Assembly (NCBI RefSeq): GCF_006345805.1
Contig: NC_043016.1
Coordinates: 26,536,001 to 26,600,000, forward strand
Source of the DNA: Octopus sinensis
Taxonomy: Eukaryota
Reading direction: 5' to 3'
Length of the DNA: 64,000 bases
Shown here: positions 13,095 to 25,863 of the stretch, piece by piece
Position numbering within the stretch: the first letter of the stretch is position 1
Layout: every line of letters begins with the position of its first letter
Notes under the pieces: generated by a model
Seen by the model: only the letters and a program-made list of their open reading frames with translations
Databases searched by the model: none
Told to the model about the DNA's origin: nothing
Program-made: the position numbers and the translations under genes

Positions 13095-13525
13095 GGAGGG
13101 TCTATCGGTTGTCCTACGAAGAAAGGCTGAGGACGCTCGACCTTTATTCTCTTGAAAAACGCCGCCCGTGGTGATCTCATTCTCGCCCCACAACATCATA
13201 GCGGAAAGTGTAACCTCTCGAAAGAGCTGTTCTTCACTCTGCTCCAGAGCGTCGGCTGCGGGGGTCATTCCGAAAAGCTCTACCTGCGACGATTTCATCT
13301 CTCAATCGAAGGAGAGGAGCTTTCTCCGTCCGGTTGCGGATCCGTGGAACAAGCTGCCAGACGAGATGGTGAAGATGCCGACGACCGCTTTGTTCAAAGC
13401 CTCCCTGGACCTAAGTGGCCTGAACTCTTTACATGAACACCACCCTGTACTTAACTTACTCATGTCCCCTACATGCCTTGCTATTTGCTTTTGAGCCAAA
13501 TTAACTAACTAACTAACTCTAACTA
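13095..13525 (+). mobile_element. 5'-truncated CR1 LINE 3' end
   Basis: Frameshifted SYEERLRTLDLYSLEKRR..RGDLI...RGHSEKL...PWNKLP, then 3' UTR and (TAAC)n tail. Confidence 0.85.
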
Positions 13526-14164
13526 TCAATCCAAGTGTTCAATTGGTACTTATTCCATCAACTCCAGCAGAATTTGAACTCAGAACGTAGAGACGGACGA
13601 AATGCAGTGAATCATTTCATTCGGCATGCTAACGATTCTGATAGCTCGCCGCCTGATATCTAATAATAATGGCATTTAATAACACACTTTTAAGCATACT
13701 AGCGCTTATCTGTTCATCATTAGTTTGCTTACTCACGATAGCCACGTTTATTTTTATACTTAACTGGGTTAATTTTCTTTCACTTTCAATTCCTCAAATT
13801 TATGCCCTTGAAGCGAAAGACCACCGATAGCAGCTCTAAATTTCTACTTTACTTTAAACGAAATTTAACTATTAGGTGAATATAGGAATTGTTAAACGGG
13901 TTATTTTTGCCCACCCAAGAAGTACATATTCTGATTCAGGATTTGTACAGTACTTTTCTTTTCTTTTCTCTGTTTCTCTTTTCAGTAATAATCTTGAAAA
14001 AAATCTGATTTCGAGAAGAAAAATTTTGAAATAGGGCTATTTTGTGAGAAAATTATAATTCGTTTCTTTCTACCTCTTTGGATTTAATGATGTGTATTGT
14101 ATATTTATTCATTACTGTGTTGTTAATGGAATTGTCTACTTCAGAAGACTGTGTCTGGTTTTGG

Positions 14165-14525
14165 TATTTTATTTTTACTTGTTTCAGTCAACGGACAGCG
14201 GCCATGCTAGGGCACTGCTTTGTAAGGTTTAAATGAACGAATCAGTTCCAGTACTCGGTTTCTTTTAAATCTGGTACTTATTCTATCGGTGTCTTTTGCC
14301 GAAACGCAAGTTATGGGAACGTAAACATAACACCTATAGTCAAGCAGTGATGGGGTGCAAAGAGTATCTCTCTCTCTCTCTCTCTCTCTCACGCGCGCGC
14401 GCATTTGATCCTCTGATCGCCCGGGGCTATACTAGAAGACACCCAAGATGCCACGCAGTAGGACCGGACTATACGCCACATGGTTGCAAAGCCAACTTCT
14501 TAGTCATAGCCATGCTTGCACCTAT
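14165..14525 (-). mobile_element. SINE family A copy
   Basis: Reverse-complement similarity to the other family A copies. Confidence 0.65.
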
Positions 14526-16169
14526 AAATCCTTAAAAATGTTTTAGCCCGAAGGCCGCGGCCACGCTGGGGCACCACCATCAGTTCGTAAATAAATGAAA
14601 TGACGTTTGTTTTGTTTTGTAATTATTGTTATTATTCTTTGAACTTAATATAATAATGTTTTTGAAACAGTTTTTTAAATTTCCTCTTTGTTTTTATTAT
14701 GGTAGAACTGCAAACTACTGAACTCGTATTACTGAACAAAATAGAGTTGAGGTGGTTGTTTAGTTTTCTAAAATGTCTCCAATATGCAAATGGAGCGAAA
14801 AAGATTCTGTTCAGAGCCAGTGTTTTAATAGCTTCACTCTAGTGCTCTAAATATAAATAAATACATTTGCTAACAAAGCATGGGTGTGGCGTGTAAAATT
14901 GGTTAGTTACTTTCATTTTAAATGCCTTCTGTATCTTCGCTGTTCGTGAGCGAGTTGGCAGAATCGTAAGCGCCCCAGAAAAATTGCTTTGAGACATTTT
15001 TATCCAGCTCTTTACGTGCTAAGCATAAATTTCATCGAGGTCGTCCTTTTGGGGTCGATAAAATAAAGCCAAGTATTGGGAGTCTATGTAATCATCTAGC
15101 CCTCTTTCACTAGCATTGTGCTTCCGGCTCTTTACGTTCTGAGTTCAAATTCCGTCGTGGTCAATTTTTGCCTTTCATTCTTTCGAGATTGGAGCTCAAC
15201 GTAATCGAATAACTCCCCACTCCTCAAAATTGCTGCCCTTATGCGAAAAAAATTGAGGAGGAGGAGACCCCCCTTCGGTCATGAATGGCCATGGGATTGC
15301 CCCTAGAAAGTTACCTTCCAAGGCACAAATCAGGGCAAGATTGTTTGTGGAAGGCTAGCAGTCGCCCATGCATACCAGCCTCCCTTCTTCATACCACTGA
15401 TGTTATCCAAGGGAAAGGCAAAAGCTGATACAGCTTGGCACCAGTAATTTCGCAGTTCATTTCTACAGCTGAGTGAACTGGATCAACGTGAAGTCTCGCT
15501 CAAGAACAGAACACGCAAGCTTTATGTCAAAATTTGATGGCATTATTTTTCATATGATTTTGTATGCCTACATATGTAGCCATATCATAGAAGTACGGTA
15601 GAGCCTTTTATGTGTAATATGGAAAATGGAAAAACTTACAAGTAAGCGAGATTATCGATGTCAGGGTTTGTTCTCGTGCTTTTTTCGTCCAGCGGACCTG
15701 TTCCTCATGTCTCGGCAATGCTGGCATAGTATCCTTTGTGAAAAATTAAAATGGATACCATAAAACAATATATAATTTGTTACTATTATTGGGAGACAGG
15801 ACATCTAACATCAAATTTGACGAATGGTTAAAAAAACTAGACCGATAGAATAAGTGCCAGACAACAACAACAACAAAAAAAAGCCCGGGATATCTTGGGT
15901 CGATTTGTCCCACTGAACACTTCAAGGCAGTGCTCCAGTATGGCAGCACTTCAATGGCTAAGACAACTGTATGTATGTGTGATAAGTATTTAGAAATAAT
16001 TCGCTTTTTACAGTTAGAAGCGAATTATATATTATATATATGCATATATATATACACACATATACATACAAATTATATATATAGATATATTAGATGTATG
16101 TATGTATGTGTGTGTGTGTGTGTGAATATATGTTGTATTTAGGAATGGTCATTTTGCCCAGTTTAGCCA

Positions 16170-16201
<32 letters not shown>

Positions 16202-16557
16202 AATTGATCACAAATAAAACATGATGCGAAGGATTCAGCGGTACTTCTTCAGTCGCGCACACAGCTTCCACAAGGAACATGTGTTACATCAAAAATTCTT
16301 GGTTGGGGATTCTTTGATGTAACACATGTCCTTGTGGAAGCTGTTGTGCGCGACTGAAGAAGCCACAGACATATATAATATATATATATATATATATAAA
16401 TAGATGAGTGTATTTTACCTTGTTAACAATTAACACAGATAATAAGATTGCATTGTTTATACCTTTTATTCTTTGTGAATAGTATCAGTGGAATTTTCGA
16501 AACATATGTAGAAAGTAAAAATACTTGTTTTAACCTGCGTTAACTCCATTTTTTTTC

Positions 16558-16600
<43 letters not shown>

Positions 16601-17069
16601 GCAAATTAGCGCGTATGTATATGCGCGTCTATATATATATATTAATATATATATTATATATATATATACACATATATATATATATATATGTATATATATG
16701 CGTCTAAGTACGAACACAAAAAGGAATTTTAGTCTAAGTATTAACGCTCCATTTCCTTTTCTTTCTCTTAACAGTTACAACACGCGAAAGCTCATTACGT
16801 CATTTTCTCTAAACTAAAATGTATACTTTCCACGTTCATATTTAAATTTTTTTTTTTTTTGCGTTTCATAATTTTTTCTCTGATTTTACTCATTCTCGAA
16901 TTTGATGGACATATAGCGGTACGTAAGCCGATTCATGAAATCTTTAGTGAGACTTTTTATTGATGTACCTGATCTACACCCAGAACGGGTCGAAACACGT
17001 GTTTGTACCCAATAAAGATATTACATATTCCATCTCCTATTTTATTAATACTGTTACCCCAACCGCCAC

Positions 17070-17073
17070 TACG

Positions 17074-17119
<46 letters not shown>

Positions 17120-17311
17120 TTATGGGTATATATATGTATGCATATATATATATACATATATATATGTATGCATATTATATGTATGCATATATATATATAT
17201 CCATATATATATATATATGCATATATATATATATGTATGTATATATATATGTATGTATATATATATGTATGTATATATATATGTATGTATATATATATGT
17301 ATATATATATG

Positions 17312-17347
<36 letters not shown>

Positions 17348-17990
17348 TATGTATATATATGCATATGTATATATATATGCATATATATATGTTATATATA
17401 TATATATATATATGCATATATATATATATGCATATATATACATGTATATATATATATATATATGCATATATATTATATGTATATAATATATATATGCATA
17501 TATATATATATATATATATGCATATATATATATTGTATGTATATATATATATATGCATATATATATGCCTATATATAAATAATTCGAGACAAAACCACTA
17601 TTTTAAAACCAAACAAGGAAAGACTTAATCAATACATAAAATTTTAATATAAATTAAATAAACCGCCACTACAAATGTTTCATGTCTGCTACCGACAATC
17701 TTCAGGTGGATTTTCGATCTTCTAATCAGTATCAAATTTTGAAGTGAAATCCTAAATCTGATTTTTCCCTGTAAATTTGGATTTATTCCCTAATATTTAT
17801 TATTATACATATGCATATATATATGTATATATATATGCATATGTATATATATATATATGCATATGTATATATATATATATGCATATATACATATATGTAT
17901 ATATATATATGCATATATATGTATATATATATGCATATATATATATATATGCATGTATATATAAGTATATATATGCGCACACTCACACGC
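17070..17990. repeat. Compound (TA)n/(ATATGC)/(ATGT) microsatellite blocks (17070-17580 and 17800-17990)
   Basis: Directly visible; these blocks produce the IYIY-type ORFs in the track. Confidence 0.95.
17666..17709 (-). ncRNA. Minimal type I hammerhead ribozyme motif with intact core
   Basis: CCAC-CUGAAGA-U-UGUC(GGUAGCA)GACA-U-GAAAC-AUUU-GUA-GUGG; 4-bp stem I. Confidence 0.7.
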
Positions 17991-19234
17991 ACACACATAT
18001 CTATAACTTACTATTTTACTTTCTCTTTTTCGCTTGTTTGACCAAAAGAATCGACTACGGCAAGCAAATATAAATATTTAAAAAAAAACGCATTTGGCCA
18101 AATTTGTAAATACGACAGTTTAACATAATAGCAACGATGTGTGTGTGTTTTATACACATGCAAATGTATATGTACGTGCACAAACATATTTGTGTATCTA
18201 TGCATGTAAGAATTGATTGTTCGAAGATCATCTTTTAGTTTGGCAAAATTACCTATCTCAAGTGTTTTCTTATCTTATCTTGTCTCTTAAAGTGATTATT
18301 TTATTTATTTATTTATCAACTGGAGTTTGTTTTAAAAGAACTTTTTTTTACGACTTCGTCCTTTCAATCATTTGTTTTCACTTGGAAATTTTCTAGAGCA
18401 TTTTTTATGCTTTTAATGTCACTTTGACTTAACGTTTACTATTTCACATTATATTATTTGTACACTATCTCGACAGAGTATCAGGTTTTATTTAATTTGA
18501 AGTATTTATTCCCGTCACACTATATACATACACCTCGAAGTTCAAATCCTGTCGTAATTAATTTTGTCTTTCATTCTTCTGCATCGATAAAACAACTCGG
18601 AGTTAATTTACTAGTCTTGTTTTAAATGATTGTGCTACTTCATTATCAGCCAGGTTACCACTCACCGTATCCAGTGGTCGGCTTTCTAAAGTAGTTCTGT
18701 GGATTCCAAATTTACTGTTTTGCTTGAGTGGACCTTCAAAGGCCTTACATAGGACCCCCAGTGATCATATGAACCTTGGTTGAGGTGATCAGTAGCACCC
18801 TTAAACAGCCTCGAAGATCACTTGGAATTGAACATTTTAAGATAGGTTGCTACTCTTGCGCATCCATTTCATGTAATGTTGGCTGTGATCAGGCTAAAAA
18901 CGCCAGTGGAGGAAGCTTGCCCTCCATTTCGCTGAGCAACGCTGGAGAACTTAATATCAGATGGGTGTTTTAGTGAATATCTTACCATAGTTTATTAGTC
19001 TACCTTTAACACCAAAATTCTTCTCTAATATCTGTATTTTTTTTCTCATTTTAGTTTACACTGTACATTCAACACAGTATACTTAACTCATTTCTTCTCA
19101 GTTAGTCCTTATACATTTCATCATTACTCCATCTATATATCACAGTTTATTTGATATATATTCTCAAATGGCAATAGAGTTTTCCTTTTTCTTTCTTTTT
19201 CACTTTTTTTGCTATCAATATTAAGAAACTCTAA

Positions 19235-19445
19235 GGCAGAGAGAGCTGGCAGAATAGTTACCACGCCGGGGGAAATGCTTAGCGGCACTTCGTTTGTCTT
19301 TACCTTCTGGGTTCAAATTCCACCGAGGTCGACTTTGCTTTTCATCCTTTTGAGGTTGATAAAATAAGTTCCAGTCAAGCACTGGAGTCGATGTAATCGA
19401 CTTACCCCTCCCCTGAAATTGCTGGTCTTGTGTCAAATTTTCAAA
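19235..19445 (+). mobile_element. tRNA-derived SINE family B (gagctggcagaat...gagttcaaattccgccgaggtcgactttgcctttcatcc); about 20 copies in the window
   Basis: Other copies at about 1200-1540, 1745-1920, 6580-6770, 13530-13660(-), 14945-15245, 22750-22900(-), 31790-32000(-), 42370-42520(-), 47500-47655(-), 58390-58580(-) and 62195-62400. Confidence 0.8.
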
Positions 19446-20369
19446 TCAGTATTAAGAAACACTAGGGAGTGCTCTACAACAAAGAAGGTACTTCAAAGAA
19501 TAAGCCCACCCTCCTATTCCCATAAAAATGTTTCAGCCCTTAACTCTAATGCACTCCAATACTTCACGCCGTATCCAGGCCATAATTCTTATATATTTCA
19601 CCCTTCTACTGAAGCCTTTTGTACCACTTGCATGCATGCGGTAGAACCTCTACTTACCATGCTGCTTAGGTGTCTGAAACCTAGTTAGATTTATGGCTGA
19701 TGTTTTAACCATTCGGATACTCATTATTACTATTCCATATCTTCACTATTGCAACATGTCGCTTCAATAAAACTTTGTCTTCTCTGGTTGTTTTGTAGCA
19801 TTAAGCTTTTCCAGTGCAGCTTCTGGTGCACATGAACTTTTATTCTGCGGTCTTTTTCATTAAGAGAGTCGAGTGTGAATTCAGGGAGATTTGACCGCTA
19901 TTACTACCAGTAAACAGCTTGTAGAGGTTCTCCTCGTTGACTCATATCCTGCAATAGTAGGATGTAATTCGAAGGAGATTTAGCTGTTATTTTAATAGAA
20001 AGCTAAGTGATAACGTAGAGGTTGGCTTTATACATAGACGGCAATGGAGGGTAGTTTGAGGAAAATTGCGCAGTTGTTTATAATAAGAGCGGAATCAGGC
20101 GTCCGCTCACGTAGAATCTCCCTTTTAGGTTCATATGTGTGTGGTGAGATGGGGTATTTGTCATAAACTTAAATGAGTAAATCGATATATCTCATCATCC
20201 ATGTTACTCTTACAACCTTTACAATAAATAGTTTCAGGCTTTTTTCACGATGATCTCATAATACGGACTTTATTACTTCATATTCTGACGGTGGAAATCC
20301 CTCACCATATCCATGAACTTATACCGCGATTAAGAGGCCGCTCTATATACAAGAAATTAAAGCTTTATG

Positions 20370-20783
20370 GGCGATCTTTCGTCTCTAGTAGACCTTTCCG
20401 TCGATTTCCGTAAAAAAATTTTTTTTTTTTTTACATATGGGCTTGCGGGAACTTTTGAAGTAATATACATACATATACACATACACCGAGTAAAAAATTC
20501 AGTTATCTCTTCTTTCACACATTACTCTATCTCTCCACACATACTAACAGAAGCACTTCACTTACACAACATACTGTCTGTCTCCCCCACCATCAAACAC
20601 ACACACATGTACATCAATGCTTCACATGCACGGTAACTTGAAAAGAACTTCCCTCGTCATACAATCGCTTCTCTTAGTCTCTTTCGCTCTCATTACTTCA
20701 AAAGTTCCCGCAAGCCCATATGTAAAAAAAAAAATTTTCTTACGGAAATCGACGGAAAGGTCTACTAGAGACGAAAGATTGCC
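20370..20783. mobile_element. MITE with about 95-bp near-perfect TIRs and an 8-bp TSD (GCTTTATG)
   Basis: GGCGATCTTTCGTCTCTAGTAGACC... / ...GGTCTACTAGAGACGAAAGATTGCC; TSD at 20362-20369 and 20784-20791. Confidence 0.85.
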
Positions 20784-21764
20784 GCTTTATGTGTTAGTAA
20801 TGTCGCATAAGCGGAGTACAAACTACAGAGCCTTCGGTGAAAGAAAAAACTAAAAATTTTTTCACAAATTTTGTTAAATATTAATATCATCGAATTTATC
20901 GATCACCCATCGTTTGATTAGTACTTACTTAATTTATCGGGACCTTCGCCGGATATCAACTCAGAATATAAAACACTACAGCTCGCAGATCGTTCTGAGT
21001 TCAAATCCCGCCGAGGCCAACTTTACCTTTCATTCTTTCAGAGTCGATTAAATAAATACTACTTATCGGAGGAGGGATGATGTATGTGATAGACTAGCTC
21101 TTTTGTGTCCTATAGTATACTATAGAAATTTCTTTTTGGTAGAATGGTCTGCTTTCTATGCTGTCAAGTTACTTTTCCATGTATTTAATTTATTCCAAAA
21201 CAAAGAATTCCAGCAATAATTCTTCTCCACTTTATTTCTTTGTCTTCCTGTTTTTCAACCAAATCCTTTCTTATTCACCATTTTGTCCTTTTCCTGCCCT
21301 CTCGTCTCCATAAAACTCCTTGTCACGTATTAGTATTATTATTTGGTTATTTAGGGGGTTATCCTTTACAGTTGACTCCCACTCTTTCCCTAGTTCTACG
21401 CAAACGTTTTTAATACATCTCTGGACATGTGCTTTATATTCTCTATAATCTTATCTTTTCCTCCATGCTTGAAAGTTTTTTACGTACGTACACACATACG
21501 CACACCACACCACACGCAAGCGCAAATACTTATATACATACACACACACGTATCCATACATGTATACATACACGTGTGTATTTACCAGCTTCCTGTTCTA
21601 ACGTCTTTGAAATATTATCTCTGTAACTTCAGCTGATGAAAAGAAGAGAGTGAAAAGTTTATTTGTCCTTTTTTTACACTCAGTAAATGTCCGCAACACA
21701 GCCACCGATATCACCACTGCCTCCTTTTACCATCATCATCATTAAGCATGCTTTCTAGTTTGGG

Positions 21765-21864
21765 NNNNNNNNNNNNNNNNNNNNNNNNNNNNNNNNNNNN
21801 NNNNNNNNNNNNNNNNNNNNNNNNNNNNNNNNNNNNNNNNNNNNNNNNNNNNNNNNNNNNNNNN
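21765..21864. other. Assembly gap (100 N)
   Basis: Run of exactly 100 N, typical of a scaffold join of unknown size. Confidence 1.
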
Positions 21865-22200
21865 GGTGATGGGACTGATAGTGGAGTGGGTTTGTCATGG
21901 ACACAGTTACACTGTAGTACCTACTTACAGCGTGGTAGACTGGATTGTGGACAGTTAAGCATGTTGTTCACAGACACAGTACAGGAAACTATATTGCACA
22001 GTGGTACCTACTTACAGCTAGGTAGACTGGGCGGTTGACAGTTGAGTGCATTGGTCATGGACACAGTACAGTGAACTATACCACACTGTGGTACCTACTT
22101 ACAGCTAGGTAGACTGGGCTGTTGACAGTTAACTGTGTTGGTTATGGACAGAGTATAGTGAACTATACCACACTGTGGTACACCTACTTACAGCTATCCC
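21865..22200. repeat. 87-bp tandem repeat, about 4 copies, abutting the assembly gap
   Basis: GTACCTACTTACAGC recurs at about 21917, 22004, 22091 and 22178. Confidence 0.9.
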
Positions 22201-22959
22201 TGAAAATCTATGAAGTCAATTGCAAAAGATCTCCATGTGTCAGAAAAGGAAATCAGAAATGTTCACAAACATAGGCTTAGGTGTGGATGTGTGGTAAGAA
22301 GCTTACTTCCCAACCACATGGTTCCAGGTTCAGTCCCATTGTGTGACACCTTGGGCAAATATCTAATATAGCTTGAAGTTATAAGATGATGCATGATTAA
22401 TTTAAAATAGTATGAATAAATAAGCATTACATTTGAATGGACATATCTAAATGCTAAAGGGTTAAAGTACTTTAAATTAAAATCCACCAAAGCTCCATGT
22501 CAATTTATGTAACCTTTTCAAGTCTTGACAAAGACCTATTGAAAAGGTTGCAAGACGCAACGAACATTTTAGGAAAATAAGAAATAAGTGGAAATTTTAC
22601 CGGTGAGTGTGTTAAATTATAAGGCACAAAAAGAAAATGACTCTCCCCAGACACAACAGAATATATTAAATCCATTATTTCCAAAATAAATTGGATCAAA
22701 GGAAATGCATTTCAACAGAAATATTGGTTCCACATTTTGGCACAAGGTTAACAATTTTGGGAGAGGGTATAAGTTGATTAACTGGTACTAATTTCATCAA
22801 CCCCAAAAGAGATGAAAGGTGAAGTCAAATTAGGAGGAATTTGAACTCAGAATGTAAAGATGGATGAAATGCCACAAAGCATTTTGGAAGATTTGAATGA
22901 ATAAATTTTAAGTTTTCATCATAGAGCCAAGAGCAGTCTTGGGCAAATTGGTAACAACT

Positions 22960-23250
22960 ATTTATGCGCCCTTTTCAAGCCTAGCCAGGCTCATGGGCCT
23001 GGTTTCCCGGTTTCTGTGACGTATGTGTTCCCCCCAGCTGGAAAGGATGCCAGTCCATTGCAACGTTACTCAAGAAACAGGAAGAGAGAGTGAGAGAAAG
23101 TTGTGGCGAAAGAGTACAACAGGGGTCGCTACCACCCCCTGCCGGAGCCTCGTGGAGCTTTAGGTGTTTTCACTCAATAAACACACACAACACCCAGTCT
23201 AGGAATTGAAATCGCGAGTTTGTTGCCCTAACCACTGGGCCATTGCACCT
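22960..23250 (-). mobile_element. tRNA-derived SINE family D
   Basis: Minus strand ggaggtgcaatggcccagtggttagggc head...atggactggcatcctttccagctgggg...ggcgcataaa. Confidence 0.65.
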
Positions 23251-23714
23251 CCAATTGGTAACAAGGAAAAGGCTTAATATTATACAAGAGTTAGCTTCAA
23301 ATCTCACTCTTCTATTGTTGCTATATAACATAGTATTGTGGATAAGTTCTCTGTAAAACCATGCAGCTCTAAGGTTCAATTCCTCTGTACAGCTCTTTGT
23401 GTCTTATACTGGGTACTGTATAAAACCTCTACCTTGTGTTTCAATTATTTATATAACACACACACTAGCTAGTAATGTTAGGCAGGTGGTAATAGTGTTA
23501 CCATGTAGCTAATGGTCTACTGTTTTGTATTTGCAGTTACTATCATGGCTAGAAACAGTACACACCATGCATTGGCTGCTGAAATGTGGAGAAACATTTT
23601 TTTTTTTACTAGCTGCACCCTATAACATAATCAAAGAAGCAAAACTCAGTATGGCTGAGTCTATGTCCAGCCCGTAGCTTCCCTTCTATGTAAGGCCTTT
23701 ATGGCCAATATAAT

Positions 23715-24090
23715 GAATAAAAGAAGCCTGCTTCCCAGCCACATAGTTCTGGGTTCAGTCTTGCTGTGTCACCTTAGGCAAATATCTTCTACTATAGCCT
23801 CGGGCCGACCAAAAATTGTGAGTGGATTTGGTAGACGGAAACTGAAAGAAGCCCGTCGTATATATGTATATGTGTATCTGTGTGTATGTTTGTATATCTA
23901 TGTTTGTCCCCACCCAACATCACTTGACAACCGATGCTGGTGTGTTTACGTCCCTGTAACTTAGCGGTTCGACAAAAGAGATCGATAGAATAAGTACTAG
24001 GCTTACAAAGAATAAGTCCTGGGATCAATTTGATCGACTAAAGGCAGTGCCCCAGCATGGCTGCAGTCAAAAATGACTGAAGCAAGTAAA
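23715..24090 (+). mobile_element. SINE family A copy
   Basis: Near full-length match to family A. Confidence 0.8.
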
Positions 24091-24582
24091 AGTGATTCAT
24101 TTGACTAACATTCTTTAAGGTGGTGGCTGAGCAATGACTGAAACAAGTAAAAAATAAGGGTAGACAGTTATAACATTTTCTGTGCGAGAGAAAAATACAA
24201 ATCAGTACACAGAAGATACAACCATTGCATTCGAATTGTGATATTCATTCTGCTTCAGTTATTATTTGAAGTCACTCTAGCCGTCAGAAAAAAAAAAACA
24301 AACAAGAGATCAGGACAAGGAGAAATACATAACTGACACTGATCATTTAACATCCACTTCTATATATTTGTATAGACAAGATGGAACTTATTGAGGCAGA
24401 TTTTCTCCTAATAGACACCCTTCTTGTCACTAGCCCTCACTAGTTTCCAACTAAGATAATATATATATATATATATATATATTTCTCCATGGTCAGACAG
24501 GGTTTTTGCAGAATGTTAGAAATACAGTGGCACTCATTTACAACCATCAAATGTCAAAACAAACAAAAACATATACACACAC

Positions 24583-25863
24583 AGAGTTGGATAACAAGTT
24601 CTGCCGCATTTTAGACATTAACTTTGAAGACACTGTCAATACAGAATGCAATATAACTTTTTCATTTTCTTGCTTCTTTCAAACTAATTCGATACTAAAT
24701 TGTTTAGTATTTCTGTAATTTGAGCCCTCTAGAAGGAGTGCTGATCAGACACATAAGATGTATGAATATAAAGAGAGTTCCTCAGCAAAAGATGTAAGAA
24801 ATATTGGTTCTGCCCATAAAAATGAAGCACCAACTGTCCGAATATGCTAACGAAGGTTTAAACAATTTTGATAAAAGCACCCACTACACTCTTGGAGTGG
24901 TTGGTGTTATGAAGGGTATCCAGCTGTAGAAACATTGCTAGATCAAGATTGGAGCCTGGTGCAGCCATCTGGTTCGCCAGTCCCTCAGTCAAATCGTCCA
25001 ACCCATGCTAGCATGGAAAGCGGACGTTAAACGATGATGATGAAACTTATCCCCGCAATCTAAAGGTTTTATGGAATGTGGAAGAAATCCCAAGCAAACT
25101 GCACAAGTGGTAAAAGTGTTCAATACATGTCACAGGACTATTGTAAAGCAACTGCACAAACTGGGAAAGACAACTAAGCTTGGCTAGTGGGTGCTACATA
25201 ATTTGACTGCTACTCAACTCAGAGTTGTCATATGTGCATCATTAAATAGACTTGCTAGGGACCTTTTTGGGGGGATAAAATAACCAGTGACAAAAAATGC
25301 TTTACAATAACATCCAAAGGAAATGACAATGGTTATCACCCAATGAAAAGGGGCAAACCACACCAAGAAAAGTTATACTTAGCGTTCGGTGGGACGGACG
25401 GGACATGAAAGGTATTGTCTACCATGAAGTGTCGAAATTCAGCAAGACAATGCTGATAAGTAGTCACCAACTGGAGTCATTGCTTCAAAATTTGCAGAAT
25501 AAGCTACCAGTATTGGTTAATCATGTGTGTTGCTCCTACATGACATAATTATTGCCTTAATTATGCAGAACAAAATTCTGAAGCTTAATATGAAAGTTTA
25601 GATCATATCTTCCTTATTCACCTGATTATCTTTTCAAACTATTGAAACACTATTTAAATGTAAAAGAATTTCACAACTTGAGAAGCAAAAATAGAAACTG
25701 ACGATTTTTATGCTAGAAGGATAAACAACTTATTAGCCAGACAAGATTGTTACTAAAAATGAGGCAAGTTATTACCTTGATTAAATATATCCATTACAAC
25801 CAAAAAAACATGTTCTTCCTTTACTTGTTCAAAAGGCAACAGGACTTTGTATCTAACCTAATT
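24583..25863 (+). mobile_element. Decayed mariner (Tc1/mariner) transposon with both TIRs
   Basis: Remnants WVLHNL, KVILSVRWD..KGIVYHE, VLLLHD, PYSPD-YLF; imperfect TIRs near 24583-24612 and 25830-25863. Confidence 0.8.
24860..25045 (+). mobile_element. SINE/LINE fragment with an RTE-type 3' tail, nested in the mariner
   Basis: cgtccaacccatgctagcatggaaagcggacgttaaacgatgatgatga tail; related minus-strand copy near 32940-33100. Confidence 0.65.

Noticed and set aside
16466-18073. Many ORFs of the [10 protein letters not shown] type (also near 48 kb and 51.4 kb)
   Set aside because: Translations of stop-free microsatellites and minisatellites; not genes
18640-18975. GC-richer stretch with a short ORF
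   Set aside because: No recognisable motif in any frame; probably an old TE remnant I cannot classify
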